Shown piece by piece: positions 50,182-59,376 of a DNA stretch of 64,000 nt. The notes under the pieces were generated by a model that was given only the letters and a program-made list of their open reading frames with translations, was not told the DNA's origin and made no database searches. The position numbers and the translations under genes were made by a program. How positions within the stretch are numbered: the stretch's first letter is position 1; each line of letters opens with the position of its first letter. The DNA is from Cyanobacteria bacterium P01_A01_bin.123 (lineage in GTDB: Bacteria; Cyanobacteriota; Cyanobacteriia; Phormidesmidales; Phormidesmidaceae): the NCBI GenBank assembly GCA_039815185.1, contig JBCBZT010000014.1, positions 64,001 to 128,000 of the forward strand, given 5' to 3'.

Positions 50182-50736
50182 ATGGTGAGACTCGTCATGG
50201 TAGGTGGCCCTGGTGCAGGCAAAGGCACTCAGGCAAAGCGGTTACAGGCAGCCTTCAACATTCCCTGGATCTCAACGGGAGATCTGCTATATCAGGCGAT
50301 TGCAGCTCAGACACCATTGGGACAAAAGATCCAACCGATTGTGGAAAAAGGTGAATTGGTGGATGACACCACCATGATTGAGTTGATGCGCGATCGCCTC
50401 CAGCAAACCGATGCGGTCAATGGTTGGCTTTTGGATGGCTATCCCCGCACCGCGTTCCAGGCAGAAGAGTTAGACTTTTTGCTCGATCAGCTGGGGCAAA
50501 AGGTAGACTGGGCTATTTGGCTAGATGTGCCCAAAACGATCTTAATGGAGCGGTCTTTGCAGCGATCGCGTACCGATGATAATCCAGAAGCCGTGCAGCG
50601 CCGGATTGACCTCCTTTACGAACGAACCGTCCCCATTTTGGATTACTACGGCTATCGCCAGCGACTATTAAAGATAGATGGTACGCAATCTCCTGAAGCC
50701 GTTGAACAAGCCATCCGAATACAATTGAACGACTAG
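50182..50736 (+). CDS. adk: Adenylate kinase (short, LID-less)
   Basis: 'GGPGAGKGT', 'ISTGDLL', 'LDGYPRT'; AGGAGG RBS before ATG 50182. Confidence 0.88.
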   Translation: MVRLVMVGGPGAGKGTQAKRLQAAFNIPWISTGDLLYQAIAAQTPLGQKIQPIVEKGELVDDTTMIELMRDRLQQTDAVNGWLLDGYPRTAFQAEELDFLLDQLGQKVDWAIWLDVPKTILMERSLQRSRTDDNPEAVQRRIDLLYERTVPILDYYGYRQRLLKIDGTQSPEAVEQAIRIQLND

Positions 50737-50800
50737 TCTAGTATTCCTATACCCAAGGTAAGTAGTAAGTAGCAGAATGTGGGTTGGCTGCAAGGTATTG

Positions 50801-51403
50801 TTAGGCCTTCTTCCGGGCGATGAACTGAACGACAGAAGCCATCCCCGTATGGCCTTCTCCTTCAGAAACTTCTCGTTCAATTTCTCTCAACATCACTGTG
50901 TCTAGGCTTGAGAATTCTCTATTAAGCTTGTCAATTGTCATCAGCATATCTACATCCTTTGGCCCGCCCGTATCTTTAGACAATTGATTTTCGGAGTAGG
51001 CCTCTAGCAATAATATTCCATTAACTTTGAGGGATCGCTCAATTAATGGATAGAGCTTATTGCGAATCACGCTCGGCAGGTGGGCCGAGATTGATATAAC
51101 GGAGCCATAGTGATTTTCTTTGGGCTCAAAGTTAGTCAAATCGGCTACTTCTGTTTCGATCGTGACTCCCCTTGATTCAGCTAATTTCTTGGCTTTATCT
51201 AACCCGACTTTTGAGCAATCGACACCAAGCACACTCAAACCGCGTGATGCGAGAAAAACGGCATTGCGACCCTCGCCCTCAGATAGCGACAACACAGGAC
51301 CGCTGAGAATGTCTGCATGCTGCGCTAGGAATGAATTGGGTGCAGTGCCATATAGGTAACCACTGTCATCGTAGCGGTTATTCCAAAATGATTCGTCATA
51401 CAT
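50801..51403 (-). CDS. Class I SAM-dependent methyltransferase (TehB-like)
   Basis: 'FWNNRY', 'YGTAPNSFL', 'EGEGRNAVFLA', 'GGP', 'EGEGHTG'. Confidence 0.85.
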   Translation of the reverse strand: MYDESFWNNRYDDSGYLYGTAPNSFLAQHADILSGPVLSLSEGEGRNAVFLASRGLSVLGVDCSKVGLDKAKKLAESRGVTIETEVADLTNFEPKENHYGSVISISAHLPSVIRNKLYPLIERSLKVNGILLLEAYSENQLSKDTGGPKDVDMLMTIDKLNREFSSLDTVMLREIEREVSEGEGHTGMASVVQFIARKKA

Positions 51404-51463
51404 GATGATTCCCCATTAGACTATTCAGTGCGATCGCATTCAGGAGTTATCCCCTTAGTTCTT

Positions 51464-52264
51464 ATGCTTGAACTTTACCAATTTGAAGCCTCCCACTACA
51501 GCGAAAAAATTAGGTTGATTCTCGATTACAAAAAATTGCCCTACCGCAAAATTGAAGTCACCCCAGGCGTTGGGCAAATCGACCTATTCCAAAAATCTGG
51601 GCAGCGTCAAGTGCCTGTGCTCAAGGATGGCGACGAAGTGATCCCCGATTCCACTGCGGTCGCCCTGTATCTCGATCAAAAATATCCAGAGCAGCCTGTG
51701 ATTCCCGCTGAATCCAAACAGCGAGGGCTGTGCTTGATGATGGAAGCCTGGGCAGATGAGTCCATTGGTCTGAATGCGCGCAAGGCGATGATTGGGGCCT
51801 TCAATCAGCATCCCAACTTTCGCACCGCCCTCTTACCCGCAACTACGCCCAACTTGATTAAAGATTTGGTGGGGGCTGTCCCAGGAGATTTGCTCAACCT
51901 ACTTGGCACTGGGGTTGGTTTTGGATCTGATGCCGTCAAAAAAGCCCATGATAATCTGCGCCAAGACCTCAAAGCCCTTTGTCTAATTCTGTTAGAGAGC
52001 CCCTATTTGGTCGCTGACCACCCTACACTGGCTGACTTTGCCGTGGCTGGCCTGTCGATGTATATCAAGTTTCCAGCCCAGCAATATGTGGATTTGCCAC
52101 CGGGCATTTGCGATAAGGGGGTTCCTGGTCTGGCCGATGATCCCGCCTATCAAGAATTCTTTGCCTGGCGCGATCGCCTCTATGCCGATTACCGCGAGGT
52201 GCGTGTGCCCACCACACCGTCAAGTTCCGGTGGCAGTAGCCCCCAATCTATCAATATCGATTAG
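51464..52264 (+). CDS. Glutathione S-transferase family protein
   Basis: 'MLELYQFEASHYSEK', 'QVPVL', 'DST', 'PTLADFAVA'. Confidence 0.88.
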   Translation: MLELYQFEASHYSEKIRLILDYKKLPYRKIEVTPGVGQIDLFQKSGQRQVPVLKDGDEVIPDSTAVALYLDQKYPEQPVIPAESKQRGLCLMMEAWADESIGLNARKAMIGAFNQHPNFRTALLPATTPNLIKDLVGAVPGDLLNLLGTGVGFGSDAVKKAHDNLRQDLKALCLILLESPYLVADHPTLADFAVAGLSMYIKFPAQQYVDLPPGICDKGVPGLADDPAYQEFFAWRDRLYADYREVRVPTTPSSSGGSSPQSINID

Positions 52265-52343
52265 TCATTTAAGACAATATCGATTAGTCATTTAGACCAA
52301 CCCCGAAGGCTTACACTGAGGGGACGTGCTGTGTTGAGGGCGG

Positions 52344-53705
52344 TTGGGCGTGACTACCATTACTGGGACTTTGGTGGATTTGTTGAGTGATGCGCAAGTC
52401 TTTCCCTGGGACACCTGGATTACTCAAGCCGCTCCGCCCAACCCGGCGATCGCGCCAGCACCAATGGCTCAGTTCGCTACCCAATCCCCTCCACCGGCCT
52501 GTGTGGTTTGCCCTGAAACTGAAGCCGAACTGGCAGCAGTGATGGCCTGTGCCCACCAAAATCGCTGGCGAGTCATTCCTTTTGGTCAAGGCACTAAGTT
52601 GGCTTGGGGTGGGGTAGGTACAGCCGTTGATCTGATGGTGAGTACAGCCCGCCTCAATCACATCGTTCACCATGCGGTGGGTGATTTGACGGTAACCGTA
52701 GAAGCTGGGGTCAAATTTACAGATTTGCAGGCGGTGCTGGTCAAAACTCACCAGTTCCTAGCGTTAGATCCGGCCTATGCTGACCAAGCGACATTGGGTG
52801 GCATCGTGGCCACTGCCGATGCCGGAGCGTGGCGTCAACGTTATGGTGGCGTCCGCGATATGCTGATTGGCCTCACCCTGGTGCGCTCAGATGGTCAAAT
52901 TGCCAAGGCGGGTGGACAGGTGGTGAAAAATGTCGCGGGCTATGACCTGATGAAACTGATGACGGGTGCCTATGGCACGCTGGGCATTGTGTCTCAACTG
53001 ACGTTTCGCACCTATCCCTTGCCAGAGGCTTCACAAACAGTGGTGATGGCTGGAGAATCCGGGGCGATCGCTGCCACCCTAGCCGCGCTCAAACAATCGG
53101 TGCTAACGCCAGTGGCGTTTGATTTACTGTCGCCGAGGATGGTGGAAAATTTAGGTTTACAGCCCCAATTAGGCTTAGCGCTTCAGTTTCAAGGCATTCC
53201 TGACGGGGTAGCTGAACAAGTGACGCGATCGCGCCAATTTGCTCAAGCCCTCAATTGCCAAGACCTGGTCGGTGCTGCCGATGTCTACTGCTGGCATACC
53301 CTGGGTAATCAAGTTTGTTCTCCCCAGGCATCACCCAACGATTTAATTGTGCTAAAACTTGGCATCCTGCCCAGCGCAGCTGTGACGCTATTGACTGAGC
53401 TAGAGCTATTGCTGGCTAATATCGCCTGGTATGGCCGAATTCATGTCAGTAGCGGGGTTGGCAGAGTCGCGATCGCCTGCGATCAGCACAACATTGAAAG
53501 CATGAGAGAAAAATTGCTCAAACTGCGAGCCCGCTGCGAAAGTGAGCGAGGATTTTTAACCCTATTGCAGGCTCCCCAATCTCTCAAGCAAACCTTGGAC
53601 GTTTGGGGTTACGCTGGTTCAGCATTACCACTGATGAAGCGAATAAAGGCGCAATTTGATCCGCTAGCACTCCTCAGTCCGGGGCGGTTTGTGGGCGATA
53701 TTTAA
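52344..53705 (+). CDS. glcE: Glycolate oxidase FAD-binding subunit
   Basis: 'TVEAG', 'ATLGG', 'RYGGVRD', 'GGQVVKNVAGYDLMKL', 'FDP'; upstream of glcF. Confidence 0.85.
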   Translation: MGVTTITGTLVDLLSDAQVFPWDTWITQAAPPNPAIAPAPMAQFATQSPPPACVVCPETEAELAAVMACAHQNRWRVIPFGQGTKLAWGGVGTAVDLMVSTARLNHIVHHAVGDLTVTVEAGVKFTDLQAVLVKTHQFLALDPAYADQATLGGIVATADAGAWRQRYGGVRDMLIGLTLVRSDGQIAKAGGQVVKNVAGYDLMKLMTGAYGTLGIVSQLTFRTYPLPEASQTVVMAGESGAIAATLAALKQSVLTPVAFDLLSPRMVENLGLQPQLGLALQFQGIPDGVAEQVTRSRQFAQALNCQDLVGAADVYCWHTLGNQVCSPQASPNDLIVLKLGILPSAAVTLLTELELLLANIAWYGRIHVSSGVGRVAIACDQHNIESMREKLLKLRARCESERGFLTLLQAPQSLKQTLDVWGYAGSALPLMKRIKAQFDPLALLSPGRFVGDI

Positions 53706-53854
53706 GGCCACGACCCTCCTGGGCGCATAGACATATGTAGATACAGAGGATTCAGGATCATGTCGATTGACGGCGGCAAGATGCCCAACATACCGCCATC
53801 TACCGCGATAAGCTAAAGACACGCTGAATTGATCCTCCATTGCGATCGCTGGTT

Positions 53855-55210
53855 ATGCAAACGTCCGAAAAACCGCTTAAGCTCGACACCAGTTTAGAGT
53901 CGAATCAAGCTTCTGGCTTTGATCCCCACGAACCGCCCAAGCCTGAGTTAATTGATGCTTGTGTCCACTGTGGGTTTTGCCTCACCACCTGTCCCAGCTA
54001 TCGCGTCATTGGCAAGGAAAACGACTCGCCTCGGGGCCGCATTTACTTAATGGATGCGATCAATAAGGGCGAGGCTCCCCTATCCCCCGCTTCAGTACAG
54101 CATTTTGACTCGTGCTTAGGCTGTTTGGCATGCACTACAGCCTGCCCTTCTGGGGTGCAATATGACAAATTGATTGCCGCAACTCGCCCCCAAGTGCAGC
54201 GTAACCATCCCCGCAGTTTACCTGCCAAAGCCTTGCGGGCACTTATTTTTAACCTATTTCCCTATCCAGATCGGATTCGGTTGTTGTTAACCCCCTTAGC
54301 CCTGTACCAACGCTTAGGGGTGTCTAAACTTGTGCAGCGTACGGGGCTGCTCAGGCGAGTTTCACCCAACTTAGCCGCGATGGAATCATTGCTGCCCTCG
54401 GTTGACGTCAAATGTTTCCAAGACAATCTGTCTGAAACGGTCCCGGCTCAAGGGGAAAAACGCTACCGGGTCGGCATGATTTTGGGTTGCGTACAGCGCG
54501 TCTTTTTCTCAGGGGTAAATGAAGCTACCGCGCGGGTGCTCTCTGCCAATGGCTGTGAAGTCTTTATTCCCAAAAGCCAAGGGTGTTGCTCAGCCCTACC
54601 CGAACACCAGGGTGAAGAGGCCCAAGCAGCCGCACTAGCACGGCAGATGATTGATAGCTTTCAAGATCGCGAGGTTGATTACATCGTTATCAATGCGGCA
54701 GGGTGTGGTCATACGCTTAAGGAATACGGCCACATTTTGCGCCACGACCCTATCTATCGGGCCAAGGGCGAGGCTTTCTCGGCCAAGGTGAGAGATATTC
54801 ATGAGTTCTTGGCAGAAATCGGTATCACGGCTAAGCTACATCCCTTGCAGAGTGACCCGTTGACGCTGGTCTATCAAGATGCCTGTCATTTGATCCACGG
54901 TCAAAAAATTAGTGCCCAACCCCGCCAGTTGCTGCGACAAATTCCGGGGGTGCAGCTGAGGGAACCGCTGGATGCCGCCCTGTGTTGCGGCAGTGCTGGG
55001 GTCTACAACATGTTGCAACCCCAGGTGGCTGAAGAATTAGGGGCAATGAAAGCCAAGAATTTAGTGAAGACAGGGGCGACCGCGATCGCGTCGGCAAACC
55101 CCGGTTGTTCCCTGCAAATTAAAAAACATTTGGCTGAGCAAGGCCAATCGATACCGCTATATCACCCCGTTACGCTCCTGGATCGATCCATTCGGGGAGA
55201 CGCTCTGTGA
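53855..55210 (+). CDS. glcF: Glycolate oxidase iron-sulfur subunit
   Basis: 'CVHCGFCLTTCP', 'SPRGRI', 'CLGCLACTTACP', CCG motifs. Confidence 0.9.
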   Translation: MQTSEKPLKLDTSLESNQASGFDPHEPPKPELIDACVHCGFCLTTCPSYRVIGKENDSPRGRIYLMDAINKGEAPLSPASVQHFDSCLGCLACTTACPSGVQYDKLIAATRPQVQRNHPRSLPAKALRALIFNLFPYPDRIRLLLTPLALYQRLGVSKLVQRTGLLRRVSPNLAAMESLLPSVDVKCFQDNLSETVPAQGEKRYRVGMILGCVQRVFFSGVNEATARVLSANGCEVFIPKSQGCCSALPEHQGEEAQAAALARQMIDSFQDREVDYIVINAAGCGHTLKEYGHILRHDPIYRAKGEAFSAKVRDIHEFLAEIGITAKLHPLQSDPLTLVYQDACHLIHGQKISAQPRQLLRQIPGVQLREPLDAALCCGSAGVYNMLQPQVAEELGAMKAKNLVKTGATAIASANPGCSLQIKKHLAEQGQSIPLYHPVTLLDRSIRGDAL

Positions 55211-55233
55211 GATCAGCGCTGTACAGTAAACCA

Positions 55234-55306
<73 letters not shown>

Positions 55307-55463
55307 TTGCATAAGCACAGTTATAGATACTAGCAGACAACCTTGTGCATCTGCGCGCAGAATGTAAAATTTCAGCCCATGAATTCTAAATAGGCCATTC
55401 AAAAAGGGGTCGCAATCACCATAAACAGGGTAGGATGGGCGACACGGTCAATACAAACGCACT

Positions 55464-55982
55464 ATGCCCTCTGGTCGAACCCACGATCGCATTACGCTTT
55501 GGACATTGCCCCTGGTCACTACCCTGACGATGCGCTTAACGGTCAGCCTGTGGATCACGGCAGTTGTCAGCGCTGGGTTTCTCTTTGGTGGGTTGATGTT
55601 TGGCCCTGATCTCGATATTCATTCAGTGCAGTACAAACGGTGGGGCTGTTTTCGGTGGATTTGGCTACCCTATCGGGGTAGTTTGCTGCATCGTTCAACC
55701 CTCTCCCATGGGCCAATCATTGGCACAACGCTACGAGTGATCTATGTGTCGATATGGTTGGGGGTAGTCGTGGTTATTGTGGCAGGGTGTCTCAACGCGA
55801 TCGCCCAATCCGCTATTACCTGGCGAGATTTAGGTTTGAGCGTCAGTCAACTGCTACAAGCGCATAGTCAAGAGTGGTTAGGTTTATTGATTGGCATAGA
55901 ATTGGGTGCTTTGAGCCACTCTGTCAGCGATTGGGTCGTGTCTTCTGTTAAGCGGTCGCGACGACAGCGAAAACGCAAATGA
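55464..55982 (+). CDS. Membrane metal-binding protein (DUF2227-like)
   Basis: 'MPSGRTHDRIT', 'GPDLD', 'HRSTLSHGP', 'SHSVSD'. Confidence 0.8.
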   Translation: MPSGRTHDRITLWTLPLVTTLTMRLTVSLWITAVVSAGFLFGGLMFGPDLDIHSVQYKRWGCFRWIWLPYRGSLLHRSTLSHGPIIGTTLRVIYVSIWLGVVVVIVAGCLNAIAQSAITWRDLGLSVSQLLQAHSQEWLGLLIGIELGALSHSVSDWVVSSVKRSRRQRKRK

Positions 55983-56110
55983 GATCAGCGGCTTAGTCAC
56001 TGATAGGTGATTCCATTGCCAACCGTTTTAATCTCCAAGCGTTTTAATCTAAGGGGAGGCAAATTTTTACCTAGAGTCCGCCAACTTTGCTCGCAATCTA
56101 TTTCTAACCC

Positions 56111-57001
56111 ATGGCTTCACCTTCCAAAATCCCCGAGTCTGACACTCCAACTGCCCATACTTCTCCAGCCGATGCCACCTTGGCGGCCCTCCAGCGGTTG
56201 ATCGACATTGTCCGTCAACTGCGCGATCCTGAAAGCGGTTGCCCTTGGGATTTAGCCCAAACCCCCCAAACCCTGATTCCCTATGTGATTGAAGAAGCCT
56301 ATGAAGTGGTAGATGCCTTGCAGTTGGGAGATGCCAACGCGATCGCAGAGGAACTGGGCGACTTGCTGCTCCAAGTGGTGCTCCAGGCCCAAATTGCCAG
56401 TGAGGCCCAGCAGTTTGACTTGACCCAGGTTGCCAAGGGAATTGCTGACAAATTGATCCGTCGCCATCCCCATGTCTTTGGCGACGTGGCAGCGGATTCG
56501 GTAGAGGCTGTCCATCGTAACTGGGAGCAAATCAAAGCAGAAGAAAAGGGGATCGCCCACGAGCCTAATCGGTTAACCCCCAAATTGACCAAATACAGCC
56601 GCACCCTACCGCCACTGATGGCGGCCATGAAAATTTCTCAAAAAGCGGCTAAAGCTGGATTTGAATGGGACAGCGTCGATGGGGTTTGGGACAAGTTTCA
56701 AGAAGAACTGGGCGAATTTCGCCACGCGATCGCCCACGAACCCCTAGCTAATCAGCAGGCAGAATTGGGAGATTTGCTGTTTACCCTAGTGAATTTAGCC
56801 CGCTGGTATGGTCTCGATCCCTCAGCGGCGCTCCAAGGTACTCACCGCCGCTTCATTGACCGATTTGCCCAGGTAGAAGCCGCCGCGGGACAATCCCTGA
56901 ACAACTTTTCGATTGAAGAACTGGAAGCTTTCTGGCAGGCAGCTAAGGCCAATCTCAAACAAGCTTCAGCCACGGATGACCTCAATACGCCACTGGCATG
57001 A
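56111..57001 (+). CDS. mazG: Nucleoside triphosphate pyrophosphohydrolase
   Basis: 'GCPWD', 'EEAYE', 'EELGDLL', 'KLIRRHPHVF', second domain 'ELGDLLF'. Confidence 0.95.
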   Translation: MASPSKIPESDTPTAHTSPADATLAALQRLIDIVRQLRDPESGCPWDLAQTPQTLIPYVIEEAYEVVDALQLGDANAIAEELGDLLLQVVLQAQIASEAQQFDLTQVAKGIADKLIRRHPHVFGDVAADSVEAVHRNWEQIKAEEKGIAHEPNRLTPKLTKYSRTLPPLMAAMKISQKAAKAGFEWDSVDGVWDKFQEELGEFRHAIAHEPLANQQAELGDLLFTLVNLARWYGLDPSAALQGTHRRFIDRFAQVEAAAGQSLNNFSIEELEAFWQAAKANLKQASATDDLNTPLA

Positions 57002-57122
57002 TGGATCAACCCTCCTCCAAAGCCAGACTTACAGCCTCCCTGAGCTTTAAGCTCAAGCATTTTGCCAGCGCCTAAAAAGGCATGTTTTCAAATCGAATGT
57101 AGTTTAGCGGCGCGCCCAACAC

Positions 57123-57146
57123 CCGACTGAATGTTCGGTATATAAT
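57123..57146 (+). promoter_or_regulatory. Candidate TetR operator next to a -10 box
   Basis: CCGA-N8-TCGG immediately before TATAAT (57141-57146), upstream of tetR. Confidence 0.5.
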
Positions 57147-57173
57147 GGTGATCAGCCATTTAAAAATTGAGCC

Positions 57174-57749
57174 ATGGTAAAGCAAGGTGCAAAGCTTGAG
57201 GATCGACGCAAAAACGCTGTGGTAAAACTACTGCCTGTCTTTCGGCAGTATGGGTATGAGGGAGCAACCCTATCCCGCCTGTCAGACGCAACTGGGTTGG
57301 GAAGAGCCAGCCTCTACCATCACTTTCCGAACGGCAAGGAAGAAATGGCGGCAGGGGTTTTGGATTATGCTCGCGAAGTGGTGGGTGAAACGATTATTTC
57401 CCCCCTCAAGGCACCAGGGGAGCCGCTGACACGCTTGTGCACGATGAGTCAACGGGTGAGTGAGTTTTATCATCAAGGCCAAAGCGCTTGCCTGCTAGCG
57501 GTGTTGTCTTTGGGAGAAGCGGATGGGCTGTTTCATGACGCGGTTAAGCGATCGCTCGAAGGCTGGCTTAATGCCCTAACCCAAGTCTTGATTGAAGCAG
57601 GGATTGAACCGAACACGGCCCGGGAGCGCTCTGAAAATGCGGTGATGCAAATTCAAGGGGCACTGGTGCTGGTACGTGGCTTGGAGGATACAAGCTTGTT
57701 TGATCGGGTTATGGCACAACTGCCAGATCTGCTATTGGCGAAGGATTAA
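57174..57749 (+). CDS. TetR/AcrR family regulator
   Basis: HTH 'GYEGATLSRLSDATGLGRASLYHHFPNGKEE'. Confidence 0.92.
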   Translation: MVKQGAKLEDRRKNAVVKLLPVFRQYGYEGATLSRLSDATGLGRASLYHHFPNGKEEMAAGVLDYAREVVGETIISPLKAPGEPLTRLCTMSQRVSEFYHQGQSACLLAVLSLGEADGLFHDAVKRSLEGWLNALTQVLIEAGIEPNTARERSENAVMQIQGALVLVRGLEDTSLFDRVMAQLPDLLLAKD

Positions 57750-57753
57750 AAGT

Positions 57754-57780
57754 AACGGGCACAGCTATGCCGTGCCCGTT
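57754..57780. terminator. Hairpin between convergent tetR and gnd (REP-like or bidirectional terminator)
   Basis: AACGGGCACAGC-TAT-GCCGTGCCCGTT. Confidence 0.55.
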
Positions 57781-57812
57781 GCGTAAAGGGAATTAAAAGG
57801 CGATCACGCGAC

Positions 57813-59240
57813 TTACACAGCCGCCGTTTCCTTCATCCACTCGGTGTGGTAAATCCCATCTTTGTCGATGCGCTCATAGGTGTGCGCTCCGAAGTAGTCC
57901 CGTTGAGCTTGGGTCAGGTTTTGTGGCAAGCGACCCCGACGGTAGCTGTCGAAATAGTCTAGGGAAGCACTAAAGGCTGGCACAGGAATACCCAGCTGGG
58001 CTGCCATAGCAATCACTTCACGCCAGGCAGCCTGACGATCCAAGATGGTTTGTTTAAACTCAGGGGCCAGTAGCAGATTTGCCAAACTTGGATTTTCATC
58101 GTAGGCATGCTTAATCTTGTTCAAGAAGCCTGCCCGAATGATGCAGCCGCCTTTCCAAATTCGTGCTGTTTCACCCAAGTCAACCCCATACTCGTAAGTC
58201 TGTGAGGCCTTACCAATCAGGGCCATCCCCTGGGCATAGGAACAAATCTTAGAGCAGTACAAAGCATCCCGAATCTTATTGATGAATGCTTTGGTATCGC
58301 TGCCAGTGTAGGGGCTGTTTGGCCCTGTGAGCTGCTCTGAGGCCGCCATCCGCTCGTCCTTAATTGACGAAATAATCCGAGCGTTGACCGCAGCCGTAAT
58401 GGTAGGAATAGCGACGCCCATTTCCAAGGCACTCACCACCGTCCAGCGACCCGTGCCCTTTTGCCCTGCTGCATCTTTGATCAGCTCAACTAGGGGCGTT
58501 CCCGTTTCGTCGTCAATTTTGGTGAAGATGTCGGTCGTGATCTCAATCAGATAGGAGTTGAGTTCATCGGTCAAATTCCACTCACCAAAGACTTCGTGGA
58601 GTTCCTGGTGACCCAACCCCAGGGTGTTCTTGAGCAAGTCATAGGCTTCTGCAATCAGCTGCATATCACCGTATTCAATGCCGTTGTGCACCATTTTGAC
58701 GTAGTGCCCAGAGCCTCCGGGGCCAATATAAGTGACACAAGGGCCATCGTCGACCTGGGCCGCAATCTTGGTGACGATAGGTTCGAGGGAGTCATAGGCG
58801 GCGCGGGTGCCGCCGGGCATCATACTGGGGCCGTTAAGCGCCCCTTCTTCTCCACCGCTAACCCCCATGCCGATAAAGCTTAACCCAGTGGACTCAAGTT
58901 CTTTAACCCGGCGCTCGGTGTCTTCATAGAGGGAGTTGCCGCCGTCGATGATCATGTCATCATCGTCGAGTAAGGGCTTGAGTTGCTGAATCACGGCATC
59001 GACTGGACCACCTGCTTTCACCATCACCAAAATTCGGCGGGGGCGTTCGAGGGAGGTAACAAACTCTTCCAAGGAGTAAGCTGCCTTTACGTTTTTGCCC
59101 TGAGCCCTCTCGGCCATGAACTTGTCGGTTTTTTCGCGGGAACGGTTGTAAACGGCTATTGGGAACCCATTGCGCTCAACGTTGAGCGCCAGGTTTTCAC
59201 CCATCACAGCCAGACCAATTACACCAAAACTCTGTGCCAT
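57813..59240 (-). CDS. gnd: 6-phosphogluconate dehydrogenase, decarboxylating
   Basis: 'GLAVMG', 'GVSGGEEGA', '[14 protein letters not shown]', '[10 protein letters not shown]'. Confidence 0.98.
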   Translation of the reverse strand: MAQSFGVIGLAVMGENLALNVERNGFPIAVYNRSREKTDKFMAERAQGKNVKAAYSLEEFVTSLERPRRILVMVKAGGPVDAVIQQLKPLLDDDDMIIDGGNSLYEDTERRVKELESTGLSFIGMGVSGGEEGALNGPSMMPGGTRAAYDSLEPIVTKIAAQVDDGPCVTYIGPGGSGHYVKMVHNGIEYGDMQLIAEAYDLLKNTLGLGHQELHEVFGEWNLTDELNSYLIEITTDIFTKIDDETGTPLVELIKDAAGQKGTGRWTVVSALEMGVAIPTITAAVNARIISSIKDERMAASEQLTGPNSPYTGSDTKAFINKIRDALYCSKICSYAQGMALIGKASQTYEYGVDLGETARIWKGGCIIRAGFLNKIKHAYDENPSLANLLLAPEFKQTILDRQAAWREVIAMAAQLGIPVPAFSASLDYFDSYRRGRLPQNLTQAQRDYFGAHTYERIDKDGIYHTEWMKETAAV

Positions 59241-59376
59241 AAGACTCCCTATCTACTTTCAGACTGTGCCTTGCTTTAGAATCTTGCATTGCCTGATAAA
59301 CAGGGTAGTCAAGGTTTTAACGATCCCCAGGGGGTGCAAAGGTTTTCTTAGGATTCGGAGGGCTACAGAGGATGGC

